Source of the DNA: Kudoa neothunni
Lineage: Eukaryota > Animalia > Cnidaria
Reading direction: 5' to 3'
NCBI GenBank assembly: GCA_964304625.1
Contig: OZ199838.1
Span: 3,204,147 to 3,268,146 of the forward strand
Length of the DNA: 64,000 nt
Below are positions 24,271 through 36,857 of the stretch, piece after piece. The notes under the pieces were generated by a model that saw only the letters and a list, made by a program, of their open reading frames with translations, ran no database searches and had not been told where the DNA came from. The translations under genes were made by a program, and so were the position numbers. Every line of letters begins with the position of its first letter. The first letter of the stretch is position 1.

Positions 24271-27200
24271 CTTAAATAAATTGAACAAGGTAATCATATA
24301 TTAATTTAGGAATTATCCGATACTACGTTCTCTGATGGCTCATATTGACTTCCGCTCATATCATCGATTGCTATAAGATCAAGAGTACAACAAGCCAAAA
24401 TGAAGAAATATAATGCATTAAATAATAGGGATAACCACCTAGGTCAACAAATTCTTTGTTCGGAGACATTTTCCAAACATCACCTTTTAAATAACGGCCA
24501 CGATTATTTTTTCGTTTATTTCTATTACGAAACCTTCTCCGCCAAATTTGGATTGTTAATTAAAGTTCTGAGAGAAAATATCTCGAAGCTTCGTAAACAT
24601 AGCATCTATTTTCTTGCCAGAATGAGTCATTTCGGAGGCGGATAAAATAGAATTATCCACGGACCAGTAATAAATAATTTTACAAATTTTTTTGACCGTC
24701 AGGTTATGAGATGGACCATGACAACTTGAAATAGAAAAGAATGTCCCATTCCTCGGAGATACCTTGGTTTTTCATCTGAATCCCGTTAAGGTGGCTTTTA
24801 GAGACAACGTTATTACTTTTTACAAAAATGGCAAAACATATTCATAATCATTCCGTTCGTACGATGTCATTTTTGACATAGGTCTTCTGACATTTAATTT
24901 TCGGTTTGTTAATGAAAAACATTGAAAATTATAACATTTCAAGCACCTATAATGATGAGAACGAAGATACCCTTTATGTAGCAATGCATTAAATATTTTC
25001 CTTGGATCATTAATTAATGAAAAAAAGCGACATCTCCTAGGAAACTTGACGAATTCATTTCCTTTACACGTGCTAAGCTAACCCATTATTTTTTTAACGA
25101 AGTTTACATGTTGTTCAAATAAAGGAGTTAAATTATTATGTTCAATAATAAATCATGAAATTAATAGTTAATTGTAAAAATAAGAAAAAGAAATTAGGTC
25201 TAAAGTTTAAAAATCGCAAAGTATGAATAACTGTGCAATCTTACGTTTATGGCACATTATATAACTGTAATTTTATTTTCGTCGTATCTCTATTTTGCAA
25301 TATTATATTTCCTAAAAGATATGTATAGAAAAATTACTTAATGAAAATTTTTTATTAATAATGTTTATCATAGTGAAATGAGGAATTTGACCATATGGTT
25401 ACATTAAACCTTTAATTATATAAATTATAATAATAAAATGGTTCTAACTTTTTTTGAGTTCAATTAAATTGAGCCACAAAAATATATAAACTAAAAAATC
25501 GTTCATTAATTGTATTATTTAAAAAAATATAGTCATTATATAAAAAATTAAAGGGAAGATTATTTATAATTAATTTGTGAAGCTTATTAAAATGGTTGAG
25601 CCAAACAAAATTTTAAATTAAACATTGATAAAAATGATTCTAAGACATATATCGGATTTAGAAGTTATTTTATTGTCAATATAATGATTTCGCCTTATTT
25701 TTGAGGAATTTAACTAAGATATCACATGTGCCGGCGATATTGTGTTCGGGATTTAGTAACAAAATTAGGAGTAATTATAATTAGTTGAATTATTGCTTTC
25801 GTCATCCTTTATTTTGTTATGAGAAATAGCTAAAAAATAAACAGAAAAATGAGGCGTAAAAATGTGTTTTAGATGCTTAATACTCATCTAGTCTAATTAT
25901 AATAAACATCTGCGCATTTAAATTTCCACACTTTAACCCTCTAATGAATTTGGGGTAAATTTTTACTCTAGCGAGAAGTTAATAGTTGTATACGTGGTTT
26001 GTTTGCTCTTCGTAGGATTTGAGTGTTTTTCTAATCATCTAAAAAAATTAGTAATATGTGATTTTGAAATATTATGACTAGAAATATAAAATGAGTAAAA
26101 TTATATTAAGTTTACATTAAAATGAATTTTTTTACATAAATTGATAGATACAATAATAATTATTGCATAAATCAGATTTTAGATTTATCTGTTGGAAACA
26201 TTTGAAGTTATATGGTTATTACCAATGTTAATGATCACGTGAGTTTCTTTTTTATTTTTATCATTGCGATAATTGAGATGGATTTAACCGATAATAATTA
26301 GAATTGTGAATGAAATTCTCTTAAAATGATTATGAATACTTTAGAACTGATATGTCGTAAGAATCTGACAAGATTGAAAATTTCCAGAATTCGGGTCAAT
26401 CCATAATCCCATAATCAGTAATGACGGCCTATGATGCTGTTTTTCTATTTAATGGATTTATTATTTTTAAATTTGTGTTTCATTTATGATTAAAATTCGC
26501 CATAAGAAATGCTCATGCTTGCTTTATTAATACCTCAATTTTCTAATTAAAAAAAAGGATAGAATTTTTCAAGAAAACTAAAATAAGTTAAAAATACTAT
26601 TTTTTTCATTTAGGTGCAGCAATAGTTTAAAAACTTATAAATATTGATTCATTTCCTTTAAGTTGTACAATAACAACTCACACAATGGGAACGTACTTTT
26701 CCCAGAACTAATAATAATAATTAATTATAATAATGTTTAATTACTAATAACAGTTTTATAATCATTTTCACCAAGTGAAAATATTAAATGATCTAATGTG
26801 ACGTAATCACCCAACAATCGAAGCTTCACGTTGCTGCAATATTATCTTGTTTTTCGAATGACCAAATCCACATTAACTCTTCACCCATAAATAATTCGAG
26901 ACATTATTTCGCAAGATTAATGTTAGATTGGTGGAATTAGACATCTATACCATCCCACGGTGTACACAATCAGAGGTAACTGTGGTAATGTGTCCTATAG
27001 GTCACACTAGGGAACTGAAAATGGTTTGATCATTTTATTTTTTCGGTAACGAATAGATTTTCGGTAAAATCTTAAGTTGTTTTTTTTCGAATTAATTAAC
27101 CCTCAATAAGTGACCTTGGGCTTGACGAGCCACCGGATTAATTTCTTTCCTTGAATGGTTTATATTTTAAACGGCATTTACTTGCTTTACTACGTTATAG

Positions 27201-27564
27201 CGCCGTAAAAAATTAGATATATAATAAATAACTTATTTTTGGGAACATTCAAACGATTAAAATTTTTAATGAATGCTCGTTGCAAATAATATTGTTACAC
27301 ACTTCGTTTACTTATCTGCTCCGTCTTATGATGCTCGCAGGACATAAAATACATCGTTTCGGATAATTTATTAGCTTCCGTAAATGACGTATTATTCTCA
27401 TTGAATTTCAACCTAACTGCTTCAAGAGAACGCATAAAAGCGGAGTGACATCCAATTTTTTGTGACTTGACATGAAAACTCGCCGTTGTCGCGTAAGCGC
27501 TGATTCAACGCGCCTAACAAAAACTCAACATGTCTGGTGAATCTAATTCTAATAAACACAATTA

Positions 27565-29012
27565 TAGGGTTTTCCGATTAAAGTGATAATTTTTGCAATT
27601 AATGAGACTCATTTTAATTAACTTAGACTTAAATTGCGCATAAAAACTATTCATCAATATAACAGCAACAAATATATTATTGGTTTGTTATTTCCCTATT
27701 TTTAGACTTTTGGAGATATCTTGATATTTTTCTGAAGAAGCCATCACAATGAGAAGCAGTAATTTCGTCAAATTTATTAGAGATTAACTCTTTCAATTAA
27801 TTAAATTAAATTAAATTCCATTCCATTTTTTTGGTTTCTCCTCTTATTACCAAATTCTTCCTAACAGAAAATATATTTTCTATTGGGTTCCGAAATGGGG
27901 AGTTTGGCGGCAAGAAGAATAAATTGAGTCCGAGCATGTTTATAGTGTCTTTTAGTCCTTTATAATGGTGAATACGCGCATTTTCCATAATAAAGATTGG
28001 ATCGTTAATGTTTTTTAAAGGACATACCTCCTTTATTTCAATCAGACAACTTTTAAAATCCTCTCCGTTTACCGCCTTATCGTGAATCTTATGAAATATC
28101 ATTCCGTATTTATTCATGGCTGCCATTTCTGAAAGGTTTCTGCTTCTTGCGACAGAAACAGAACCATTTCAGAAGTGGCAGCCCGTCCTCTTTTTGGTCG
28201 CGCAACAACAGCAAACCCTGCTTCATCCATAAAGATAAATGTTTTATCCTCCATGTCCAGCTCGAATTTTCTAAAATCCGTTGCGTAGGTATATCTAGTT
28301 TCGATTGTAGACGCAACTTATCCGCTCAGGAATCTGTGCAGTACATTTTATGGTATAATGAAAATTTTGAAGTATTGTGCCAACCGTGCTTTTGCTCACA
28401 GAAATATTAAATTTTTCCTGAATCATTCTTTTCATATCATTTAGCCTCAATAAACAGTCAGAGTCAACCCATGATAAAATTTCAAATTTTTGATCATGAG
28501 ACAACTTTGACTTTTTATCGCCACTACGGTTCTGGATACGTATGCAACCATTCTTGTTATAATTTTTTATGATTCTTCAAACGGACTTATAATTAATGGA
28601 AAGATCTTCGGATATTTGTTTCGTAGATTTTCTTTCGAGTGATTTGTTGATAATTTTAACTCTCTCTTCATCAGGGACAGTGGAAATCATTTTTGTATTT
28701 TGGATATTTTCGGAATTTAGTTCCATCCTAATATCAAAAGATTACGGCGAAATAAATATAAATAATATATTTTAAAATAAGCTCGTTATAATTATAATTT
28801 AAATATAGTTATTTTATGAACCAAAAAACGTTAAACCTTGACTTGATCAGGAAATCCCCCTTTTTAATTTATACCGTGGAGGTTAAGGATGGAAGCTAAT
28901 GTTACGTTAGTTAAACAATAAACGAAATACAAATTATTATCTATTATGACCAATTTAATCGAAACCTTCTTGCAATGATTGCAACAGTTCTCACATTAAT
29001 CTGGAAACCCTA
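27565..29012 (-). mobile_element. Degenerate Tc1/mariner DD34E element related to the 19649 element
   Basis: TA|TAGGGTTTTCCGATTAAAGTGA ... TCACATTAATCTGGAAACCCTA|TA. Frameshifted ORFs (WVDSDCLLRL; KYGMIFHK...VNGEDFK...NARIHHY...LPPNSPFRNPIE) resemble the 19865 transposase. Confidence 0.9.
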
Positions 29013-29197
29013 TATTTGCTATTCAAAACCATAAGAAATGGAAACCAAGATCATGTTCAATAAGTTTTATTATGTGAAAGATTGTTCTAACGGCAACAAT
29101 CAATATTGCTGATGTCAGTACAGAACATGTAAAGGCCGAGAACTTCACCATTGGATAATATCTTGCAAATTGAAGAAAAGGAACTCAATTAATGTTA

Positions 29198-30189
29198 CCG
29201 GGGTTTGCATCCAAATCCGGACATTATCACAATTAACTTCATTTGTTGCTCTACGTTGTTTGAATATTGTTAAAGCTATACCTGGTAGAACTGAATATAA
29301 TAAAAGCCTATGGTGTTGAAGAAAGGATTCTAAAAGCTCCCAAAGGGGGTTCTAGAAATATTACGTTGACCGAGTATCTAAAGAAATGTCTATTAGACTT
29401 AATGATGATTGTACCATAACATTGCAATAAATCATAGAAAAGTTGAACCTGAAAGTACACACATCAACTGTATGGAGGTGACTAAACGTCCTAAATACAT
29501 CGTATAAAATGACGCGTCCTATACCCAAAGGCAGAAATAGCGTCGAAGTTAAATCAGGACGCAACATTTATGCCAATTGATACACGAGCCTGTCACTTGA
29601 CGTGTGCTATAAAAGTTTGGTTTTTGTGGATGAGAGCCCGTTCTCGTTACATTTATTACGCTCTCATGGACGTTCACATGTTGGAACAACACCTAACCCG
29701 GTGATGCAAAATAGCAGGGGGAGAAACGTCATCATGGTACTTGCTGTTAACGCAATAAACGTGGTAAGCTGTGAGGCTGTATTCGTCCTTTTAAAACCCC
29801 TCACTGCGAGGAGGTATTCTCACAAACAAAAAATAACGTGAGAAGAACTGGAACCAACGAATTACTGGAAAGAATGAAAAATCCCACAAATAATGTAACG
29901 GAACGAAATTTAAAAAATTATTTCCAACACGCCGAAACATTCTTAGGAAGATGCCATACATACCAAGATAATGGACTCGGTTAAATCAATGAATTTATTT
30001 ATTGTTCAATTGAAATATTGTTTTATTTCTATTTTTGTATTTTAACATTGGATGACGCCCGTTTTTCAATTGATATAATTATCAAACCTTTTATACTTAA
30101 TCATGCGTTAGAATTATCAAAAGAAGACATTAATACATTAGATATCCAAAAACAAAAAAATAATGTCCGGATTTAAATGCTAAACCCGG
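29198..30189 (+). mobile_element. Internally deleted Tc1/mariner element
   Basis: TA|CCGGGGTTTGCATCCAAATCCGGACATT ... AATGTCCGGATTTAAATGCTAAACCCGG|TA. Remnant LVFVDESPF...SHGRS...GRN. Confidence 0.85.
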
Positions 30190-30477
30190 TAACTACGAGT
30201 CTAATTTATATGGCTTAAAAATTGAATCACTAAGAAATCGATATTTAGTCCTACACGATTCCGGTTCCAAGGATGATGAGCGTGTCATCTTTTTTCTACT
30301 TCCCAAAACCTTGTACATTTGAATAATGCCGAACTTTGGATATCTGGTTGGAACGTTCAAAGCGGTGCCAAGAGAGTTCACCAAATTATACGTTATTCGC
30401 GGGAAGATGTTGGGTAAGGATTTTCCACTCATTTATGTGTCAATGACAACTAGAACAGAAGCCATGTATACCAAAGT

Positions 30478-31499
30478 TGACTAAATTACAGTATCTGTGC
30501 AAACTTCGGACATTATTTTTAAAGTGAATAAAACGTCAAAATATATACAAGAGTATTAATTTCCCGTTCGACCAACTTTTTTCAAAACAGAAAATCGTCT
30601 ATATACCCAGGCAAATTCTCGGTATTTATATTTGTGGCGTTTCTATACTACCTTTTAAAAGCATCCCAAGTCGCCTCTATTTTGTTTGTGTGAACTCCAT
30701 CACTCGAAATAAACCTTCTTTAGTGGATAAAGGTTCCATGAATAAAATCTAAAATTTTCTAAATAATTGTATCCGCTCCATCCATCCGTATTTTTGAACC
30801 GTCTTCCATGTCATCGATTATTATTCTCTCAAGAACATCTCTGTTTCTGTATTGAGAAATCTTTAGGAAGGAGTTTCCTTCATCGTCAATTCCACCCACC
30901 ATCCAATGTTGCTGATTTTTCAGAACACGGCCAACATTATATTTCCTCTTCGAGATCGCGGTCTCGTCAATTTGAAGAGTTATTTCATCACCTCCAATTT
31001 TCGTGAATTTATCATTCAATTTGGAAGCCATGAAATATCTCATAATAGTCTTCCAATCCATTATTGTTGAATTCGATGCGATATCAAGGTGTTGTTGAAG
31101 CTGATCAAATGTCATGGTTGGATGTTGGATAAAACAGACCACAAATATGAATGATTTCCACAAAGGGAACTTTGACATTTCGAAAATGGTCCCAGATCTC
31201 AATGAGCGCCTTTTACGGTAATTGCTATATCTAAACTGGTAACCATCGTCCCCATCTTTACGCCGAACCACACTCATACTATCTCCGCATGTACATTTGC
31301 AAAAGCTATGTAACCAATTAAAAATTTACAAAATTTTTAATTGTGTAATCGATATCGTCACGAAAGTAACCATAATCAAGAATAGTTATTTCAATAATGG
31401 TGTCAAATGTGAATAATCTCTTGTGACACCATTTGCGCTAAAATTTCGCGGGAATTTCAGATCAGAACCGAAGTTTGCACAAATACTGTAACTTGGTCC
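30478..31499 (-). mobile_element. Merlin/IS1595-like element (deleted)
   Basis: ~32-bp TIR (T)GACTAAATTACAGTATCTGTGCAAACTTCGG / CCGAAGTTTGCACAAATACTGTAACTTGGTCC. ORF 30759-31277 has KIGG...QIDETAISKRKYNVGR...WMVGGID. Confidence 0.85.
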
Positions 31500-31825
31500 A
31501 GAAGTTTTGCCCATTCTCAAAGATAATAAAGTGAGTTTCCTAAATTTTTGGTAATTGACTTTGAGTTTCAATTATTCAATGTTTTTAAAAAAGCATTAAA
31601 ATAAACATCCATAAAATTCTGCCTTTTCAATAATGGACAATTTATTTGGAGACGAATACAAAAAGGATTTACGAAATTACATAAAGAAAACCTTGATTTC
31701 TAAATATATATCAAATGTTTCCTATCTCTAGCCTTCGTTCCAATAGAATCTGTTCACTAGGAGTTTACCAAACAGAACAAGAAAAGAAATAAGTTCAGCG
31801 ATGTCAATTTAGCATCGTTTATAAC

Positions 31826-33605
31826 TAGGGCATGCAATTTTCAATTTAAACCGTCTAGTTTATCATGCTGGCTTGGATGTATTTTTTCAGAGCGTTTCAG
31901 AAAGGGCGCCCTAATAAGAATGGGGGTATGGCGGTGTTTTGCCGGAGAAGTGTAATGCGCGCGTAGATGTGAAAAATGGGCAATGACTTAGCGAGTACGT
32001 ATACAATCCTTAAAACTAAAAAGAATAAGGACCTTATTATATTACAATGAATATTTTTATGTAAGTGATTACAAAAATAGTAAATATAGATATTGGGGGG
32101 GGTGTCAAGTTAGAATGTGTCAGGGTAGATTATGAACATCCCCTGTATACAACATAGAGCAGATTGAAGAATTAAAATTTCATAATCACGTTGTCGACGA
32201 TGAAGGAAAAAAATAGAAAGTTGATGTGGGGCAGAATTAAGGAAATATCGGAAAACACTGTGTACCCTACCTCTAAAGTTTACAGCTTAGCATCCAGTAA
32301 TGAAAATATCAATAATATTCCAATTGTTTCTAAAAAACAGTATATAAACGATTCCAAAGTGTTAGAAAAAGGAAGAATAGCGAAAAAAATTCGGATGAAT
32401 GATGTTTATACTGATTTAAATATCTTAAGAGATGAACCATTCTATTTGCATGGCTCGGGATCTGATGACAGGAATAGAATCATAATTTTCACACCAGGGA
32501 GAAATCTAATACACCTACGGAATTCTAATTATTGGATCGCCGAAGGTACATTTAGCGTGGTTCCTAAGGAATTTTTTCAACTTTACACTGTCCACGGTTC
32601 AGTTTTTAATAGAGTTTTCCCTCTTGTTCATGTACTAATGTCCGATAAATCGCAAAAAAGTTACGAAAAAATACTTCAAATTCTCAAGGAAAAAGGAAAT
32701 TTAGATCTTCCAGAAAATGTCGTAATAGATTTTGAAATGGCAGCATATAATTCTTTTAAAAAAGAATCAAAATATTCTGTGTATTTCTGTTTATTTCGCC
32801 TAGGTCAATGTGTATATAGAAAATTGCACAAATTATGTTGCTCCAATGAGTATGACTCTGACGATAATTTTAAATTATTCGTAAAATGTGTAACATCGCT
32901 CGCTTTTGTTCCACCTTATTATTTATGTGCGAAAAGAATTTGAAAAGTTACGAATAAAATCTAAAAATTTCCAATACAATCGTGGAATGCTTTCGACAGA
33001 ATATTGCAAAATATCAAATTGACATCAAATTCCGCTGATATTTTCAAAAGGCATTTTTACAGTCGATTCGAACAATCTCATTCTGGGATACACACCTGTA
33101 TTCAAAAATTAAAAGAGCATCAAAGCATTGTGGAGCAAGATGTTTGTTTTCAAATATGCAACCCAAATATGGAACTTTATGGCAAAAAAATAAGCGAGAA
33201 GTACGAAAAATTGAAACAAATATGTCTAAACTACGATAAATACTACCACATATTATAATTGGAAGGTAAAATGGATTTTAATTAACAAAAATATCATAGT
33301 TTTCACTAAATTTAATAGCTATATATATTTGATTAATTGTGTTTTCCTTAAGCAATATTAAGCATGTGCATCACACAAATTCCGGAGAAAGTTCGCCTTA
33401 TAGTCTTCTTTCGCAATTAAAATATTTTAGGGTATTAGGCATGTTCATTCAGAAGGAAAATTTCTATGGTATTATATTTATATTAAAATATAATTTCGAT
33501 ATATTATAAAACTGTTAATTTTTGTTTTTTGCGTCAAAGATATGTTTGCTCAGATCTGTGTATAATCTCCTTTATGCTTAAAAACGTCGAAAATTGCATG
33601 CCCTA
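31826..33605. mobile_element. hAT-type element carrying a MULE transposase internally
   Basis: Perfect 17-bp TIR TAGGGCATGCAATTTTC ... GAAAATTGCATGCCCTA and a perfect 8-bp TSD TTTATAAC. Confidence 0.9.
31930..33397 (+). mobile_element. Degenerate MULE (MULE-B) nested in the hAT element
   Basis: ORFs 32191-32943 and 33004-33258 have WIAEGTFSVVPKEFFQLYTVHG...FPLVHVLM...VIDFEMAA...CLFRLGQ...TSNSAD. Weak TIR-like ends GGCG...CCGGA...ATGC. Confidence 0.75.
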
Positions 33606-34225
33606 TTTATAACCTATTTCGAAAAAAACTTTGTAATTTGTTCAAGATTCTTAATAGAAAATTGGAATGTTTTCGATCGCGTTATAGAGGGAATAAACCT
33701 TACTTCAAATTCAACAGAAGCATTCAACTGTCATTTTCATAATCGATTTGATCAGTCATGTCGGATTGCAAACATTTATTGAGGTGTTGAAAAAAACGCA
33801 AAGAAATGCTGAACAAAACATTTAATTTCGCATGTGCAATCCGAATTCTATTTTATCTGAAAAACATCAGATTTTGAAGATGGACAAAATTAAAGACATG
33901 TCTTAATTATGAGAAATATTACGAAACCTATTATTTGGAAGCTATTCCCTTAATATATAATTGGAAACTATGTTAGGATTATATTTTATAACTAAATTAA
34001 TGTCGTCTACAAATATGTTCTTAGTTTGTTTTATATATTCGTGTATTTATAGTAAAACGCCAATTTTGCGGTCTCAGCCACACCAATAATTTGTCAGTAG
34101 AGAATTGATTTAAGGAATTAGATCCTGACATTGATACACTTATGGCGCAATTGTGAGACCAACTTTTAAATAAAATAATGCTCATTCCACCTGTCATAAT
34201 CCCTTTTGGCTGAGAATTGGCTTAA

Positions 34226-35412
34226 CCCCCTAACGATCATTTGTGGTCGAATCGACCTCACATTTTTATGTTATTTTTATTTACTAAAAAATATTTTGTT
34301 TCAGATTATAAAATATGGAAGAAATCTATCGAGGAAGTTTAGAGTAAATTAAAATTTACCAACCCATTAATCTTCGATAATCCGTTAATGTACAGATTCA
34401 GACAACTTCGCTACATATAGTTAATATTACATACTGAGGAAAAGGCGGCTACATTGTGAAATGAGATTCATCTATAAAAACTAATTGAATGATGTTAGTT
34501 TTTACAATTTTAGAGAAATTTTACTGAAATTAAAACAAGTATTAAAAGTAGCGTTATGACTTGGTGTGCTTAAAAAAATAACGCATTCGAACGTTCAACC
34601 ATGACATAACACTGCCCATGTAATGTGTTATTTCTCGTGGTTTATTTTCTTTCAATTTTGAAACGCTTAATAAAACGTCTACCCAACTGGTCAATGCAAA
34701 AATGGCGATTTTACTCTCTAAGTCGTATAGATTAGATTGTTGAGCGTGGTGGAGGGTTCAAAAAAATATTTTCTGCGCTTGTTCTTGATGTAGATCATTT
34801 TGTAAGATTCTAAAGCAACTCATATTTGCTAATAAATAAATAAATAAATTGTCGTATATGCTCAGGCTACCCTACCATCATCAGTTTCTTGAAAGACATC
34901 TTCAATTATAAATCCTCATATTCACTCCCAGAAAACTCATCGTTATAGAATAAAAAATTAAATTCAGAATCCATAGACATTATCCTGATAATAGACTAAT
35001 ACTGAAGAGACAAATTGTATATTATCCAGTGCAATCGATTACCAAAATTTCACATGAGCGATGTTCGATTAGGTTGAGTAGGATTAGTTCAAGGAATAAT
35101 TTTGATTTTCCTTAGAATTCTGTCGTTAAAATTATTTGATATCTCACATAAGAAATTTAATCAAATTTATGTACAAAATGATGGAATGAAAAGATGGGAT
35201 CGAATCGACCTCATATGATCTATGAAGGGTATCCTTCAAATTTTGGCCACATAAAAAACCTAAATTATCCAATTTTCCTCTGTTACATAGAAGAATATAT
35301 ATATAAAGAATATGTTGAATTAAAGAACATTAGAACTAAGGGAGAAAAAGTTATATGTTATTTAATTCTATTTTGAGGTCGATTCGACCCCAATATCAAT
35401 ATAAATAGAGGG
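34226..35412. mobile_element. piggyBac-type non-autonomous element(s)
   Basis: TTAA|CCC left end and GGG|TTAA right end, each with the palindromic subterminal motif GGTCGAWTCGACC. A second right-end-like copy ends at ~35229. Confidence 0.65.
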
Positions 35413-35733
35413 TTAAAATAAGAAATTTCGAATTCATTGAAAATTTACAACTAGATGTAAAATAAAATTATAACAATTTACTTGAAAACGAATTTTAAAA
35501 TTTATTTTTTTAAATGAATTATGTTTAATTTACTACTCAATGGGCTCGTGGAGCTCAAGGTCACCTATTAAGGGTTAAATAAATGACCTAAAAAAATCCG
35601 TCCTCTGTATTTCATAAAAATTTTATTAAATTTTTGAGATAATAGACAGTTGATGCAGAAGTTTTCAGGAATAACACATCTTAGGTAAAAACAATGTCGG
35701 AAGAGTTCGGTTGTGAAACCACATTTTTGTAAT

Positions 35734-36857
35734 ATGATGGGGAGTTCGGCTAGTGATGAATGTTTTGGAAAAATAATTGACAATTGGTTTTACGAAAAGA
35801 ATTCTTTTTTTAATGGTCAAACTCAAGCTATTAAAGTTTCGAAAGTTTTGTACGAAGGAAGGTCGAAATATCAAGAAATACTCTGTTTTGAAAGGTTTAA
35901 TTCGTGATTTTAAAGCCTGATTATAAACTGCCGTCATAGTGAATTGCATGGTATTGTTCTGGTTTTGGACGGAGCAGTTCAATGTACCTCATTCGATGAA
36001 TTCGCATATCAGGAAATGATTTCGTTTTTACCCGTTAACACTCATCCAAATCCCCGAAATGTAATTAACGTTAGGTTGGTTTAAATCATTTTTGTTAATT
36101 GGAATAATTTTTAGGTACTTGTGATAGGGGGTGGAGATGGCGGAGTTTTGAGAGAACTATCCAAACATCCACTTGTTGAAAATGTTGTTTTGTGTGAATT
36201 GGATGAGGTTGGTTTGTTTGAAAATTCTACCGATCATTAATTATTGTTTTAGGAAGTGATAAACGTAGCCAAAAAGTATATTCCAGAAATGGCGGAAGGT
36301 TTCTCAAGCGAAAAGGTCACTGTTAAAATTGGAGATGGTTACAAATTTTTAACTGAAAACAAATTTTCATTCGATATAATTATTTGTGACCTGTCTGACC
36401 CTGATGGTATGGCTTAATATCGGAATAATTTGAAGCACGCTAAGCAACTGTGAAATTAGGTCCTTCTGAGCTTTTGTTCAGCAAAGAAGCGTTTCAAAAA
36501 ATGTACGATGCCTTAAAAGATGATGGTATTGCGTGCCTTCAAGGAGAATCCATTTGGCTTATGCCAACCCTAATCAAGAAATGGATGGATCAAGCCCGTG
36601 AAATATTCCCCGTTGTTTCTTACGCATGCATCTATGTTCCGTCGTATCCAGGTGGTCACATTGGTTTTATACTCCTCTCAAAAAATAAAGACACCAAATT
36701 CGACCAACCCATTCATGAACTTGATCCCAAAAAGTTCAACCTGAAGTATTATTCAACCAAAATTCACAGTAGTAGTTTTGTGCTTCCTTACAGATTCCAG
36801 AAGGTTTTTTTGGTTATATTGGGGCAGAAATTAATTTTGTTTTAGGCACTGGAATAA
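35734..36857 (+). CDS. SRM: Spermidine synthase, 6 exons
   Basis: [82 protein letters not shown]. All five GT-AG introns splice in frame without correction. Confidence 0.95.

Larger units (their letters stand above)
29020..33975 (+). pseudogene. Degenerate MULE transposase (MULE-A), interrupted by three insertions
   Basis: The pieces read LHDSGSKDDERVI / GKIFPLIYVSM...YTKV / VIDFE / LAFVP / ASFIT|YFEKNF...WNVFDRV...TSNSTEAFN and rejoin across the insertions at 29198, 30478 and 31826. Confidence 0.7.
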
